NCBI GenBank assembly: GCA_035557715.1
Contig: DATMDQ010000085.1
Location: 1,816-65,815 of the forward strand
Length of the DNA stretch: 64,000 bases
Reading direction: 5' to 3'
Source of the DNA: Gemmatimonadales bacterium
GTDB taxonomy: Bacteria > Gemmatimonadota > Gemmatimonadetes > Gemmatimonadales > GWC2-71-9
In this document: one piece after another, positions 9,273 through 18,096 of the stretch
How positions within the stretch are numbered: position 1 is the first letter of the stretch
Layout of the letters: each line of letters opens with the position of its first letter
Translations under genes and position numbers: made by a program
Notes under the pieces: generated by a model
Database searches by the model: none
The model's input: the letters and a program-made list of their open reading frames with translations, nothing else
Told to the model about the DNA's origin: nothing

Positions 9273-9330
9273 TTTGGGGGTGAGCGACCAGCGGTTAGCT
9301 ATTAGCTTTTACCCGACAGCAGGCCCCAAA
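9273..9330. repeat. Degenerate heptamer array (GGTGAGC GACCAGC GGTTAGC TATTAGC TTTTACC) enclosed by a TTTGGGG/CCCCAAA stem
   Basis: Read directly from the divergent spacer between the lipoprotein gene and the FNR gene. The 7-nt periodicity of nnnnAGC is visible. It has no full inverted array. Confidence 0.5.
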
Positions 9331-9347
9331 CACCACCAGGAGATGCA

Positions 9348-10376
9348 GTGGCCGAGCAGGAGCTGAAGGACATATCCATCATCGGCGGCGGCCCGACCGG
9401 CCTGTTCGCCGCCTTCTACGCGGGCATGCGCGGGGCATCCGCGCGCATCATCGACGCTCTTCCGGCTCTGGGCGGGCAACTGATGGCGCTCTATCCAGAG
9501 AAATACATCTTCGATGTGGCCGGCTTTCCCAAGGTGCTCGCCAAGGACCTGGTGCGGGACATGGCGACCCAGGCGCTGCAGTTCGGAGCCACCACCCACC
9601 TGGGTGAGATCGTGACCGGACTTCGGCGGGTAGAGGAGAACGGAACCAGTCACTTCGTACTGGAGACTTCGGAATCCGAGTATCCCACCCGGACCATCAT
9701 CATTGCTGCCGGTATCGGCGCGTTCGAGGCTCGAAAACTGGGTATCGCGGGAGAAGATCGTTTCGAGGAGAAGGGTCTCTTTTTCAAGGTGTTGGACCCG
9801 AAACAGTTCCAGGGCCAGCGCGTGCTTCTGGTGGGTGGCGGTGATTCTGCATTCGACTGGGCGGTGAACCTGCAGGGCATCGCGAAGTCCATCACGCTCA
9901 TTCACCGGCGCGACGGGTTCCGGGCCCACCAGGCAACGATCAGCCAGGTACAGGAATTCCAGCGCGCGGGAAAGTGCGACTTGCGCACCTTCTGGGAGGT
10001 GAAGGCGCTCCACGGCAACGGCAAGGTCGAGCGGGTCACCATCTTCAACAGCAAGACGAAGGAGGAAGAGACGCTCGAGATGGACGCCGTCATCCCGCTG
10101 CTCGGGTTCCACTCCGATCTCGGCGCTATCAAGGAATGGGGTCTCGATACGGAGAAGGCTGACATCAAGGTGGATCAGGTGATGGCCACCAACGTGCCCG
10201 GGATCTATGCCGCGGGGGACATCACCCACTATCCCGGCAAGCTCAAGCTGATCGCGACCGGCGCGGGCGAGGCCTGCATCGCCGTGAACAACGCGGTACA
10301 CTGGATCAATCCCAAGACCAAGGTGAACCCGGGGCATTCGTCCAACATGGCGCTCTTCGGGCAGAAAGACGATTGA
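9348..10376 (+). CDS. Ferredoxin-NADP+ reductase, thioredoxin-reductase-like (YumC type)
   Basis: ISIIGGGPTGLFAAFYAGMRG...LGGQL...YPEKYIFDVAGFP, with a second dinucleotide motif VLLVGGGDSAFDWA. GTG start with AGGAG 6 nt upstream. Confidence 0.9.
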   Translation: MAEQELKDISIIGGGPTGLFAAFYAGMRGASARIIDALPALGGQLMALYPEKYIFDVAGFPKVLAKDLVRDMATQALQFGATTHLGEIVTGLRRVEENGTSHFVLETSESEYPTRTIIIAAGIGAFEARKLGIAGEDRFEEKGLFFKVLDPKQFQGQRVLLVGGGDSAFDWAVNLQGIAKSITLIHRRDGFRAHQATISQVQEFQRAGKCDLRTFWEVKALHGNGKVERVTIFNSKTKEEETLEMDAVIPLLGFHSDLGAIKEWGLDTEKADIKVDQVMATNVPGIYAAGDITHYPGKLKLIATGAGEACIAVNNAVHWINPKTKVNPGHSSNMALFGQKDD

Positions 10377-10391
10377 CGGGAAGGACGGGGG

Positions 10392-11654
10392 TCACCCTGA
10401 GGGAGCGGCGCGACCGAGGGGGCCAAGGCGCCGACTCCAGTCGACGCTCAGCGTGAAGAGGAGAAGCATCACCCACACGGACACGCTGTAACCCGCCAGG
10501 TAGTGATGGATGCGGCTGCCGGTCAGATCACGTCCCAGTCCTATTACCACCGTGCCTGCCCACGCCAATCCAAGGGCTAACCGCCCAACTCTCCCGAACC
10601 GACTGAAATCCAGCGCGAAGAAGGCGTAGAAGACGAAAAGCAGCGTGACCAGGTGCGCCCTCCAGGTGATCCCCGACAATAGATGGCCGGTCAGAAAGAC
10701 ACTGGAGATCTCGAGCGCCGTAATCTGCCGGCCCGCCCGCCTCAACTGCACCAGATGCGCCAGGAAGGCCGCGAGTACTGCCAATGCGAGCACCCGATAA
10801 ATCATGGGAGCAGCTGGGGCGAGGGATGGCAAGTAGGCGTATTCGTAGGGCGGCACATCTTCCGCCGCTGCCGGAGTAACGGTCCGGTAGACCAAGGCAG
10901 CAAGATTCTGGTTACGGTAGTTCGTAATCACCCCGCCTGCAGCGAACGCCTGCAGAAAACTTCCGTAGTAGTCCGTCAGGTCCTCCGATCCCTGCGGTAG
11001 CCCTCGTTGAATAGTCGGCAACATCAGGCACAGCACAGCAAACACGAAGATGGCCGTAAGGCTGCGCCGGCTTCCGCGAAGGGCGGCCCAGACAAGAAAG
11101 AAGACTGGGGTGATCTTGATGGCGGTGGCCGCCACGAGCCACCCTCCAGCCGCAAACTCCCGCTTCGAGAGAAGCGCCTGCACGCCGAGGAGGGTGAGGA
11201 CGAACGTCAACAGGTTCACCTGAAGGTGCGCCATGTTGTCCAGCATGAATCCGGCTGAGCAGAGAACTGCCAGGGCCAACGGCCGGGCTCCCGGCGGCCT
11301 CTGCGGCTCCAGCCGTTGCCCGATGTCGCGGGATACCCAGACAGCGATGATGATGAGCCCGGCACTCGCGACGTAGAAAAGCCCCGCCGCCGTTTTCAAC
11401 GGGAAGAGGCCGAGCACCTGGAAGACTTGAGCCGCGAAGGGCGGGTAGTTGAAGTGGCGGGCGCCAGGGAGTGGCTGGTAGAGCGGCAAGCCATGGGCGA
11501 AGTCATATCCCGCCTGCCAGAACACGTGGAAATCGGTACCGACGCCCTGCCTGGAGGCTCGGCGTGCGGCCGAGGCAATGACGACCACCCCAAAGAGGAC
11601 CACGCCAAGGGCTTGGCTCCAATGCCACCGCCCCCGTCTACCGCGACCGCTCAC
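10392..11654 (-). CDS. Polytopic membrane glycosyltransferase (GT87 / DUF2029-like)
   Basis: 420 aa with about 10 hydrophobic segments. The pattern is typical of DUF2029 mannosyltransferase-like proteins. GTG start. Confidence 0.65.
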   Translation of the reverse strand: MSGRGRRGRWHWSQALGVVLFGVVVIASAARRASRQGVGTDFHVFWQAGYDFAHGLPLYQPLPGARHFNYPPFAAQVFQVLGLFPLKTAAGLFYVASAGLIIIAVWVSRDIGQRLEPQRPPGARPLALAVLCSAGFMLDNMAHLQVNLLTFVLTLLGVQALLSKREFAAGGWLVAATAIKITPVFFLVWAALRGSRRSLTAIFVFAVLCLMLPTIQRGLPQGSEDLTDYYGSFLQAFAAGGVITNYRNQNLAALVYRTVTPAAAEDVPPYEYAYLPSLAPAAPMIYRVLALAVLAAFLAHLVQLRRAGRQITALEISSVFLTGHLLSGITWRAHLVTLLFVFYAFFALDFSRFGRVGRLALGLAWAGTVVIGLGRDLTGSRIHHYLAGYSVSVWVMLLLFTLSVDWSRRLGPLGRAAPSG

Positions 11655-11674
11655 GCTTTCCTTCTTCCCTATGG

Positions 11675-11697
11675 GTTTACCGCTCTCACCTCACCCC
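11675..11697. repeat. Solitary C-arm fragment (GTTTACCGCTCTCACCTCACCCC)
   Basis: The reverse complement reads GGTGAGG TGAGAGC GGTAAAC. It overlaps the dacB stop, and no partner G-arm was seen. Confidence 0.5.
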
Positions 11698-13251
11698 TTT
11701 TCCCATCTCCACCACAACACTGTCGATCACTCCCAGAATTGCCCGGCCTGGCTGGACGTGGTGGTTAGCCTGCACCGAGAAGGTGAGAAATCTTCCGCGG
11801 GCCAGCTCGATATATCCCGAGAGGGTGTTCACCCGGGAGATGCTTCCTGTCTTTCCCCGTACTCGTCCAGCGAGGGGCGTCCCCACGAAGCGGGTGCGGA
11901 GCGAGCCGGTAACGCCCGCCTGGGGAAGCCCGGACGCAAAAGTGGCGTAGCGCGGGTGGCCACGGATGAAGCGGAGTATCTGGGTGAACGCTACCGGGCT
12001 CAGCAGATTGGTGCTCGAGAGACCGGAGCCATCGCTCAGGGAGATCTGGGTCGAATCAATTCGGACCGAATCGATCAGAAAGCGCCGCTCCACTTCGAGG
12101 CCTTCCGGCCATGAGCCGCCTCTCCCGAACTGCCGGCCCAGCTGCTTCAGCAACATTTCCGCGAACCAGTTCTGACTGGTGTTGAGGATGGGAAAGATCC
12201 AGTCCCGGAGTGGGCGGGAGGAGACCTCCGCCAACGGCGCGGTTGCCCGCATGCCGGCGTACAGGGTGGAGTCAGTGGTAGACCGGGTAGTGCCTGCAAC
12301 CGAGATGCCTGCATCGGTCAGTGCCTGACGCAGGGCTCGCGCGGCGTACAGATTCGGGTCCGGCAACGCGAATGACTCGATGCGCCTCGGGTTGTCGAGG
12401 GCCACGGTGCCTTCGGCCCAGATTTGAAGCGTGCCGGGATGGCGGAAGAAGCGATCCCCGATGTCCGACTCCCCGCCGGGCGGCACCGTGACCGTGCGGT
12501 TCTCGAAGCTGATGTCGCCCAGGTCCGGACTCATCGAGATAACGGCCGGTGTGCCCGGCGCCGGCCCCGGCTGCCAGGTGAAATCGACGCTGTTATCGTG
12601 GAAGCCGAGTCCCGAGACTGGTGCCGCGTACCACCAGTTGAGATCGAACTGTTCCCAATTCGGGTGGACCAGTGTGGGCTCGAAGTAGCTGCCGTCGCCC
12701 ACCACATCTCCAGCGATCAGCTGTACCCCCAGGCTTCGGAGCGAATCGGCCAGCTGGCGCAGCCGGGCGAACGGATCGGTGTCGCACACGCCGGCCAGGG
12801 TGGAGTCGGTGGCGTAGCAGCGTTGATCCATGGTAGGATCGCCTCGGCCGTAGAGCAGCAGATCCCCCACGAGGACGCCGCCTACGATCGGCCCGCCGTA
12901 GACGCTGGTCTTCACGCGCCAGTCGGGGGGGAGAAGCGCCGAGGCCACGGCGCTGACGACCAGCTTGGTGTTGCTGGCGGGAATGAAGAGACGATCGGCG
13001 TTCCGGCCATAAACCAGCCGCCCATTCTGGTCCACCATTGCCACGCCCCAGAGCTGCCGGTTGAACGGTGGACGATCCAGTCGAGCGTCGAGGCGCTTGG
13101 ACAGGGACTGTGCGGGAAGGACGGGAATGACGGGAAGGACGGGAAGGATCAAGAGAGTAAGCAGGGGGCGCAAGATTCCTGGGATCAACCAAGAGCGGGT
13201 AATCCTCACCCTCCCGACCTTCCCGCCTTTCCCGTCCTTGCCCTCAATCAT
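11686..13251 (-). CDS. dacB: D-alanyl-D-alanine carboxypeptidase/endopeptidase (PBP4, peptidase S13)
   Basis: Active-site SxxK (IPASNTKL) and an overall PBP4-like sequence. The start is uncertain: ATG 13251, or TTG 13188, which gives a cleaner signal peptide (IPGILRPLLTLLILPVLPVIPVLPA/QS). The N-terminus is encoded by a 9-mer repeat. Confidence 0.85.
   Translation of the reverse strand: MIEGKDGKGGKVGRVRITRSWLIPGILRPLLTLLILPVLPVIPVLPAQSLSKRLDARLDRPPFNRQLWGVAMVDQNGRLVYGRNADRLFIPASNTKLVVSAVASALLPPDWRVKTSVYGGPIVGGVLVGDLLLYGRGDPTMDQRCYATDSTLAGVCDTDPFARLRQLADSLRSLGVQLIAGDVVGDGSYFEPTLVHPNWEQFDLNWWYAAPVSGLGFHDNSVDFTWQPGPAPGTPAVISMSPDLGDISFENRTVTVPPGGESDIGDRFFRHPGTLQIWAEGTVALDNPRRIESFALPDPNLYAARALRQALTDAGISVAGTTRSTTDSTLYAGMRATAPLAEVSSRPLRDWIFPILNTSQNWFAEMLLKQLGRQFGRGGSWPEGLEVERRFLIDSVRIDSTQISLSDGSGLSSTNLLSPVAFTQILRFIRGHPRYATFASGLPQAGVTGSLRTRFVGTPLAGRVRGKTGSISRVNTLSGYIELARGRFLTFSVQANHHVQPGRAILGVIDSVVVEMGKGVR
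13114..13243. repeat. Tandem 9-mer palindrome (GGGAAGGAC GGGAATGAC GGGAAGGAC GGGAAGGAT, 54-nt spacer, inverted array CCTCACCCTCCCGACCTTCCCGCCTTTCCCGTCCTTGCCC)
   Basis: Read directly from the sequence. It lies at the dppB-stop / dacB-start junction and overlaps the dacB 5' coding region. Confidence 0.9.
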
Positions 13252-14164
13252 ACGCCACCCTCGGATCCACCCGAGCATAGAGCAAGTCGGTCAGCAGGTT
13301 CACCATCACGAAGACCAGGCTGAGGAAGAGGATGCTTCCCTGTACTGCCGGGAGGTCACGCTTGTCGATTGCCGTGAGGACATATCGGCCCACTCCAGGC
13401 CAGGAAAAGATGGTCTCGGTCAGGATGGAGCCGGTCAGATAACTGCCGAAGTCCAGCCCCAGCACGGTAACGACGGGGAGGAGGGCATTGCGAAACCCGT
13501 GCGAAAGCACCACGCGGCCTTCGTTCAATCCCTTGGCACGCGCCGTGCGAATGAAGTCGCTCTGGAGCACTTCCTGCATGGCTGCCCGCGTCATCCGCGA
13601 CAAGAACGCGACCGATCTCATGCCCAGCGTGATGGCGGGAAGAATCAGGTATATGAGGCCGGCCGATCCCGACGGCGGCAGCCAGCGCAAATGCACGGCG
13701 AAGATCAGGATCAGGATCAGACCAACCCAATAGACTGGGAACGAGACTCCCAGATAGGCGGCGAAGGTCGCAAATCGGTCGGCCCAGCTGCCCGGCCGCC
13801 AGGCGCCAAAGATTCCGACGGCGATGCCGACGACCGCCGCAAAGAGCATGGCCGCGCCGGCCAGCCGCAGCGTCGCCGGAAACCGCTCGAGCAGGTCCTG
13901 CAGGATCGGTCGCCGGGTGATGTAACTGGTGCCGAGATCGCCCTGGAGAACGCCACCGATGTAGTGCCCGAACTGCTGGTAGAGTGGATCGTCCAGCCGC
14001 AGCTCGGCCCGGAGTCGGGCGAGAGTCTCGGCGTCTGCTCGCTCTCCGACCATCGCTTGCACCGGATCGCCGGGGGCGACATAGAGCAGCAGAAAGGTGA
14101 CCAGCAGCACGCCAAACAGCGTGGGGACCAGCAGCGCGAGCCGATACAGTATGAACCGCCTCAC
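13244..14164 (-). CDS. Peptide/nickel ABC transporter permease (DppB/OppB-like)
   Basis: RRFILYRLALLVPTLFGVLLVTFLLL N-terminus and a BPD-type permease body. Start set to GTG 14164, giving a GTGA overlap with the binding-protein gene. Confidence 0.88.
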   Translation of the reverse strand: MRRFILYRLALLVPTLFGVLLVTFLLLYVAPGDPVQAMVGERADAETLARLRAELRLDDPLYQQFGHYIGGVLQGDLGTSYITRRPILQDLLERFPATLRLAGAAMLFAAVVGIAVGIFGAWRPGSWADRFATFAAYLGVSFPVYWVGLILILIFAVHLRWLPPSGSAGLIYLILPAITLGMRSVAFLSRMTRAAMQEVLQSDFIRTARAKGLNEGRVVLSHGFRNALLPVVTVLGLDFGSYLTGSILTETIFSWPGVGRYVLTAIDKRDLPAVQGSILFLSLVFVMVNLLTDLLYARVDPRVAYD

Positions 14165-15693
14165 CGGGTACGCTTTGCCTCCATCCATCGCTGCCCGGTG
14201 AAGACCAGCGGAATCCGCCAGCCCTTTACATCGGGCTGACTGGCCCAGACGTCGACCGGAAACCAGAGAAAGATCCACGGCGCCAGGTCGAACACCCGGG
14301 CGTCGATCTCGCGCGATAGCCGTGCTTTCTCGGCCTCATCGGTCGTGGCGCGCGCGCGGAGGATCATCGAGTCCACCGCGGCGTCGGCGAGAAAAGCATA
14401 GTTGCCGCCCGGACCTTTGTTGCGGGAGTGGAAGAGCGGGAAGTTAAAGTTCTCGGGGTCGGGGTAGTCGGCCCACCAGTCGGTCAGGAAGAGGTCGGCT
14501 TCACCGTTGCGCACCGCCGCGCGAGCGCTCGACGCATCCCGCTCCACGATCTCCGCCCGGATGCCGACCTCGGTCAGGTTCTGCTGAATGGACTGTGCCA
14601 GCCTGGCCAGCTCGGCGCGTTGCGTCCGCCACAGCTTGATCGAGAAGCCGTTGGGGTATCCGGCCTCGCTCAGTAGCTGCCTGGCCCTGGCGGGATCATA
14701 GCCGTATGGCACACGGGTGGAGTCGTAACCCACAATACCCGGTGGCAGGGAACCAGCGGCGAGTACCCCGCGATCGGCCATGACGGTTCCAAGCAGAGTC
14801 CGAACGTCCACCGCGTGATTGAGGGCCCGGCGGACGCGCACGTCCTTGAGGGGTCCCCGGCTGGTGTTGATAGCCACGTAGAGGTCGCGCAACGCCGGCC
14901 GGCGCTGGAGCTCGTCGGCATGGGTCTGCTCCCAGCGCCGGGTCTCGCCCACCGGTACCTCGACTACGCTCAGCTGGCCGGCCTCGTACTCGGCTGCTTG
15001 AGTCAGAGGCTCGGGAATGATTCGGATTCGGAGGGTGTCGGATTTCGGAGCCCCGCCCCAGTAGCTCTCGTTCCTGGCCAGCACGATAGCGTCGTCGTGC
15101 GACCAGGAGACGAACTTCCACGGTCCGCTTCCGGTGGGACCCTGGTCGAAGTTAGGCGGGGTGGGCGTGGGAACGATGGCGGCTACCGGCATCGCCAGCA
15201 GCTTGGGAAAGACGTTGAGTGGCTCCTCCAGGGTCAGGACCAGGGTGGAATCGTCGCGTACGCCGATCCCCGGTACCTCCTTGGCCGATCCGGCGGCGTA
15301 GGCTCGGGCGCCCTGAATCGGGTACAGGGGCCAGCTCCGCCCGCCGGTGCTCCCCGGCGCCAGAGCGCGCAGAAAGGAAGCGTGCACGTCTGCCGCCTTG
15401 ATCGGGCGACCGTCATGAAATGAGGCGTTCGGGCGCAGGCGGAAAGTGTAGACCCGCCCGGCGACATCCGTCTCCCAGCTGCGGGCGAGTCCGGGCTTCA
15501 GGTGGGCGTCGGCATCAAACTGTGTCAGATTGTCGAACAGCTGCGAAACGACCTCACCGGTCGGCACGTCGGTGGACAATGCCGGGTCCAGGGATCGAGG
15601 GTCGTAGGTGAAATAGTAGTTGAGGGTTTGGTCGCTGCCCCGCTCGCCACAGGCGGCGATGACGAACGCAGTCGCGATGAGAAATTGGCGCAT
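14161..15693 (-). CDS. ABC transporter substrate-binding lipoprotein, family 5 (peptide/nickel)
   Basis: Lipoprotein signal MRQFLIATAFVIAACG and a family-5 SBP-like sequence throughout. ATG 15693 is preferred over TTG 15702. Confidence 0.88.
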   Translation of the reverse strand: MRQFLIATAFVIAACGERGSDQTLNYYFTYDPRSLDPALSTDVPTGEVVSQLFDNLTQFDADAHLKPGLARSWETDVAGRVYTFRLRPNASFHDGRPIKAADVHASFLRALAPGSTGGRSWPLYPIQGARAYAAGSAKEVPGIGVRDDSTLVLTLEEPLNVFPKLLAMPVAAIVPTPTPPNFDQGPTGSGPWKFVSWSHDDAIVLARNESYWGGAPKSDTLRIRIIPEPLTQAAEYEAGQLSVVEVPVGETRRWEQTHADELQRRPALRDLYVAINTSRGPLKDVRVRRALNHAVDVRTLLGTVMADRGVLAAGSLPPGIVGYDSTRVPYGYDPARARQLLSEAGYPNGFSIKLWRTQRAELARLAQSIQQNLTEVGIRAEIVERDASSARAAVRNGEADLFLTDWWADYPDPENFNFPLFHSRNKGPGGNYAFLADAAVDSMILRARATTDEAEKARLSREIDARVFDLAPWIFLWFPVDVWASQPDVKGWRIPLVFTGQRWMEAKRTR

Positions 15694-15704
15694 GTTTGTC
15701 AATC

Positions 15705-15796
15705 GGACAGCGGGGCAGGGGGGCAGGGGGCAGGAAAAAGCTCACCGAGCACGCTGAACCGGAGCGACTGCCCGCGGTCCCGCGGTCCCGCTGCCC
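15705..15796. repeat. G-run palindrome (GGACAGCGGGGCAGGGGGGCAGGGGGCAGG ... GACTGCCCGCGGTCCCGCGGTCCCGCTGCCC)
   Basis: Outer pairing is ACAGCGGG with CCCGCTG, and inner pairing is GGGCAG with CTGCCC. It lies in the divergent spacer, 12 nt from the SBP start codon. Confidence 0.8.
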
Positions 15797-15987
15797 AACT
15801 GACGTTGACACCACGACGTAAGGTGGTCAAACTACCGGGCTTACGGCGCGCCGTCAATCGGCTCTCGGTTCCCCGGTGGGCGTAAGACCCTCCTTCTGGA
15901 GTGTGGCATTTTACCTCACCCACCGCGACCCCATCCGTCCCCTGCGACCAACGGAAGTTTGCTCCTGGCCGACGCATCCTGCTGCCA

Positions 15988-18096
15988 ATGAGCCGCGTGG
16001 TCCAGCTGGCCTGGCTCGTCGCGGCTCTGGTCTCGGCCGTTCCCCTCTCCGCCCAGGAGCGCCAGCTCGTCGTGCGCCAGCTCGAGTTCAGAGGGAACAA
16101 GGCGATCTCGGACGAGGTGCTCGCCAGCGCCATTGCCACCACCAACTCCAGCACGTTCGCGCGCAGCGTCCTGCTTCGCTGGCTCGGGCTCGGCGCCAAA
16201 CGGTACTTCGACGAGCAGGAGTTTCGTAGAGACGTAGTACGGCTCGGGGTCCTCTACAAACGGAGCGGGTACTACGAGGCCGTAATCGATACGCTGGTCC
16301 GCCGCACACCGGAGGACGTCTACATTACGTTCAATATCAAGGAAGGTGAGCCGATCGTGGTTACCACGCTCACCATCACTGGATTGGATTCACTGCGGGA
16401 TCGGGGGCGCCGGGCGGCGCTACAGGATCTGCCGCTGCGGCAAGGCGACCCGTTCAACCGGTACAATATGCAGGCCAGCGCAGATAGTATCACCCAGCGG
16501 CTCCGGGACCATGGCTACCCCTCATCCGCCGTCTTCACTGGGTTCGAAGTCGATAAGCCGGCGCGAAGAGCCGCAGTTACGCTCGAGGTCGCGCCGGGCA
16601 GAAGAGCGGTGATCGGACGAATCAAGGTGGTGGGTGCCGTCCGGGTGGATTCCTCCCTCGTTCGGAAGCTGTTGGTGGCGCGGCCAGGTAGGCGATACTC
16701 GCAGGAAGAGCTGTTTCAGAGCCAGCGCAACCTCTATGAATCCGACCTGTTCCGCTTTGCCGCGGTGAACATCGACTCGACCGCGTTCCAGCCGGGGGCC
16801 GAGTCGGTGCCCCTCCTGGTGCAGGTGAACGAGGGCAAGCGGCGCCGGATCCGGGGCGGTCTCGGCTATGCCACCACTGACTGCTTCCGCGGGTCACTGG
16901 GCTGGACCTCGCGGGATTTTCTGGGCGGCGGCCGCCTTCTCGATCTCACCAGCCGGGTCTCGAAGGTCGGGGTGGGAGCACCGCTCGACTGGGGACTGGC
17001 CGATAACATCTGCAGCGCGTCACGGGACGACTCGGTCGGGTCGGTCAAGCTGAACTACTACCTAGGTGCTTCCGTGCGCCGGCCGGCGTTCCTCGATCCC
17101 AACAACGCGGTCACCTTTTCGGTTTTCAGCGAGCGGCGCTCGGAGTACAAGGTCTACCTGAGGCAGGAGACCGGTACCAGTATCGCCTTTACCCGCACGA
17201 CGCCGAGGCGGCGCAACCCGCTTTCGCTCACTTACACGCTGTCCTACGGGCGAACCGAGGCCACCGCCCTGAGCTTCTGCTCGTTCTTCAACGCCTGTAC
17301 CGCCGATGTCATCGAACCGCTGAGCGAGAATCGGGTCCTGGCGACTCTCACTGCCGCGGGAACCTTCCCCCGGGTAAACAGCCAGATCGATCCTACCCGG
17401 GGGAGGATCGGTACGCTGGAGCTTACCTACAGCTCCAAGTACATCGGCTCTTCCTCATTGCAACAGTTCACCCGGTTCGTAGGGTCAATGGCCTGGTACC
17501 GTCTACTCTCCCGAAATGTGGTACTGAGCTGGCGGGTCAAGGGCGGGCTGATCGTGTCACCCGACGTAGAGATAGGATCGGAGACCGGTGCCTTCATTCC
17601 ACCAGAGCAGCGATTCTATGCCGGTGGTCCGAATGACGTGCGCGGGTTCGAGCGGAACGAGCTCGGCCCGGTGGTTTACGTGATACCCCAGAGCGCGGTA
17701 ACCAATCCGGACTCCATCGACGCCGATTCAGTCCGGGTCGCGGCTACTGGTGGCGACGGCTTAGCGGTTGGCAACGTCGAGCTCCGGGTGCCTTCGCCTT
17801 TCCTGGGCTCCCGTTTGCGGCTGGCTGCTTTTGTGGATGCTGGAGGAGTCTGGCAGCGGGGCGGGAACGCACGCACGGCTGTAATCCGGGTGACACCGGG
17901 TATTGGACTTCGAGTAGCGACTCCGCTGGGACCAGCCCGGCTGGACGTGGCCTACAACCCCTACAAGCTGCAGGCCGGCACGCTGTATGAGTTCGATGCC
18001 GTTGGCAACCTCACCCCAGTTGTGGGACAGGGTTCCTACATCCAGCCCCGGAAAGGGAAGTTCACCTTTCACATCGCCGTGGGGCAGCCGTTCTGA
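15988..18096 (+). CDS. tamA: Omp85-family outer membrane protein (TamA/BamA-like)
   Basis: Signal peptide MSRVVQLAWLVAALVSAVPLSAQ (start moved to ATG 15988). POTRA-like N-terminal repeats. C-terminal surface-antigen barrel ending HIAVGQPF. Immediately followed by a tamB-like gene. Confidence 0.75.
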   Translation: MSRVVQLAWLVAALVSAVPLSAQERQLVVRQLEFRGNKAISDEVLASAIATTNSSTFARSVLLRWLGLGAKRYFDEQEFRRDVVRLGVLYKRSGYYEAVIDTLVRRTPEDVYITFNIKEGEPIVVTTLTITGLDSLRDRGRRAALQDLPLRQGDPFNRYNMQASADSITQRLRDHGYPSSAVFTGFEVDKPARRAAVTLEVAPGRRAVIGRIKVVGAVRVDSSLVRKLLVARPGRRYSQEELFQSQRNLYESDLFRFAAVNIDSTAFQPGAESVPLLVQVNEGKRRRIRGGLGYATTDCFRGSLGWTSRDFLGGGRLLDLTSRVSKVGVGAPLDWGLADNICSASRDDSVGSVKLNYYLGASVRRPAFLDPNNAVTFSVFSERRSEYKVYLRQETGTSIAFTRTTPRRRNPLSLTYTLSYGRTEATALSFCSFFNACTADVIEPLSENRVLATLTAAGTFPRVNSQIDPTRGRIGTLELTYSSKYIGSSSLQQFTRFVGSMAWYRLLSRNVVLSWRVKGGLIVSPDVEIGSETGAFIPPEQRFYAGGPNDVRGFERNELGPVVYVIPQSAVTNPDSIDADSVRVAATGGDGLAVGNVELRVPSPFLGSRLRLAAFVDAGGVWQRGGNARTAVIRVTPGIGLRVATPLGPARLDVAYNPYKLQAGTLYEFDAVGNLTPVVGQGSYIQPRKGKFTFHIAVGQPF

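Noticed and set aside
13114-13149. Tandem repeats as a possible CRISPR array
   Set aside because: The units are only 7-9 nt long and directly abutting, with no spacers. No cas genes are present. They are better described as inverted tandem arrays.
15805-15833. TTGACA-17-CAAACT as a tamA promoter
   Set aside because: The -35 is perfect, but the -10 matches only 3 of 6 positions and lies about 150 nt from the start codon. It is too weak to call.
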